From a virus (Duplodnaviria; Caudoviricetes), in IMG/VR virus record IMGVR_UViG_3300044267_003210, positions 1-26,441 of that record: 26,441 nt of DNA. The stretch is one strand, 5' to 3'. The position numbers and the translations under genes were made by a program. The notes beneath the pieces were generated by a model. That model made no database searches. It saw only the letters and a list, made by a program, of their open reading frames with translations, and was not told where the DNA came from. Below, piece by piece: positions 26,342-26,441 of this stretch. The first letter of the stretch is position 1; each line of letters begins with the position of its first letter.

Positions 26342-26441
26342 TTACAGTTCTGCTGCGGTTAATACTGCTTGGTCAGGTGTCTGGCCATAGCTTGGAGTTA
26401 TGTATGTCATAAACTCTATTGTTTCATCAGCTGAACCATCA
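26342..26441 (-). CDS. Partial CDS (3' end), probable tail tube (major tail) protein
   Basis: ...DGSADETIEFMTYITPSYGQTPDQAVLTAAEL* runs off the window edge. Its position upstream of the chaperones and TMP is canonical for the tail tube gene. Confidence 0.55.
   Translation of the reverse strand, partial: DGSADETIEFMTYITPSYGQTPDQAVLTAAEL

Noticed and set aside
1-26441. CRISPR array, tRNA/rRNA genes, integrase/transposase, DGR or alternative genetic code
   Set aside because: No repeat-spacer arrays, RNA gene signatures, recombinase or reverse transcriptase were seen. All three stop codons end genes normally and coding density is high under the standard code.

Overview
This window is a fragment of an archaeal head-tailed virus genome (Caudoviricetes). 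A marine Thermoplasmatota/Poseidoniales host, i.e. a magrovirus-like virus, is plausible but is inference. The + strand (1-12859) is a replication, host-takeover and nucleotide-metabolism module: Hsp20, a probable Zn-binding SSB, a divergent AAA+ ATPase/helicase, archaeal aIF-1A, MazG, PolB, an Sm-like/GT4 glycosyltransferase/HAD-like/Sm-like cluster, a PriS-PriL-like fused primase, several basic or Cys-rich microproteins and class II RNR. The - strand (12856-26441) is a converging tail module: end of the probable tail tube gene, two tail assembly chaperones, tape measure protein, two very large virion proteins and a hub-like protein. Main observations: a virus-encoded aIF-1A; no GATC found anywhere by manual scan; a promoter-headed glycosyltransferase operon with a catalytically degenerate HAD and a structured 5' leader; non-canonical catalytic motifs in PolB, primase and the ATPase; four microproteins missing from the ORF track; and a candidate -1 frameshift between the tail chaperones. 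All assignments rest on motif recognition by eye, with no database searches.
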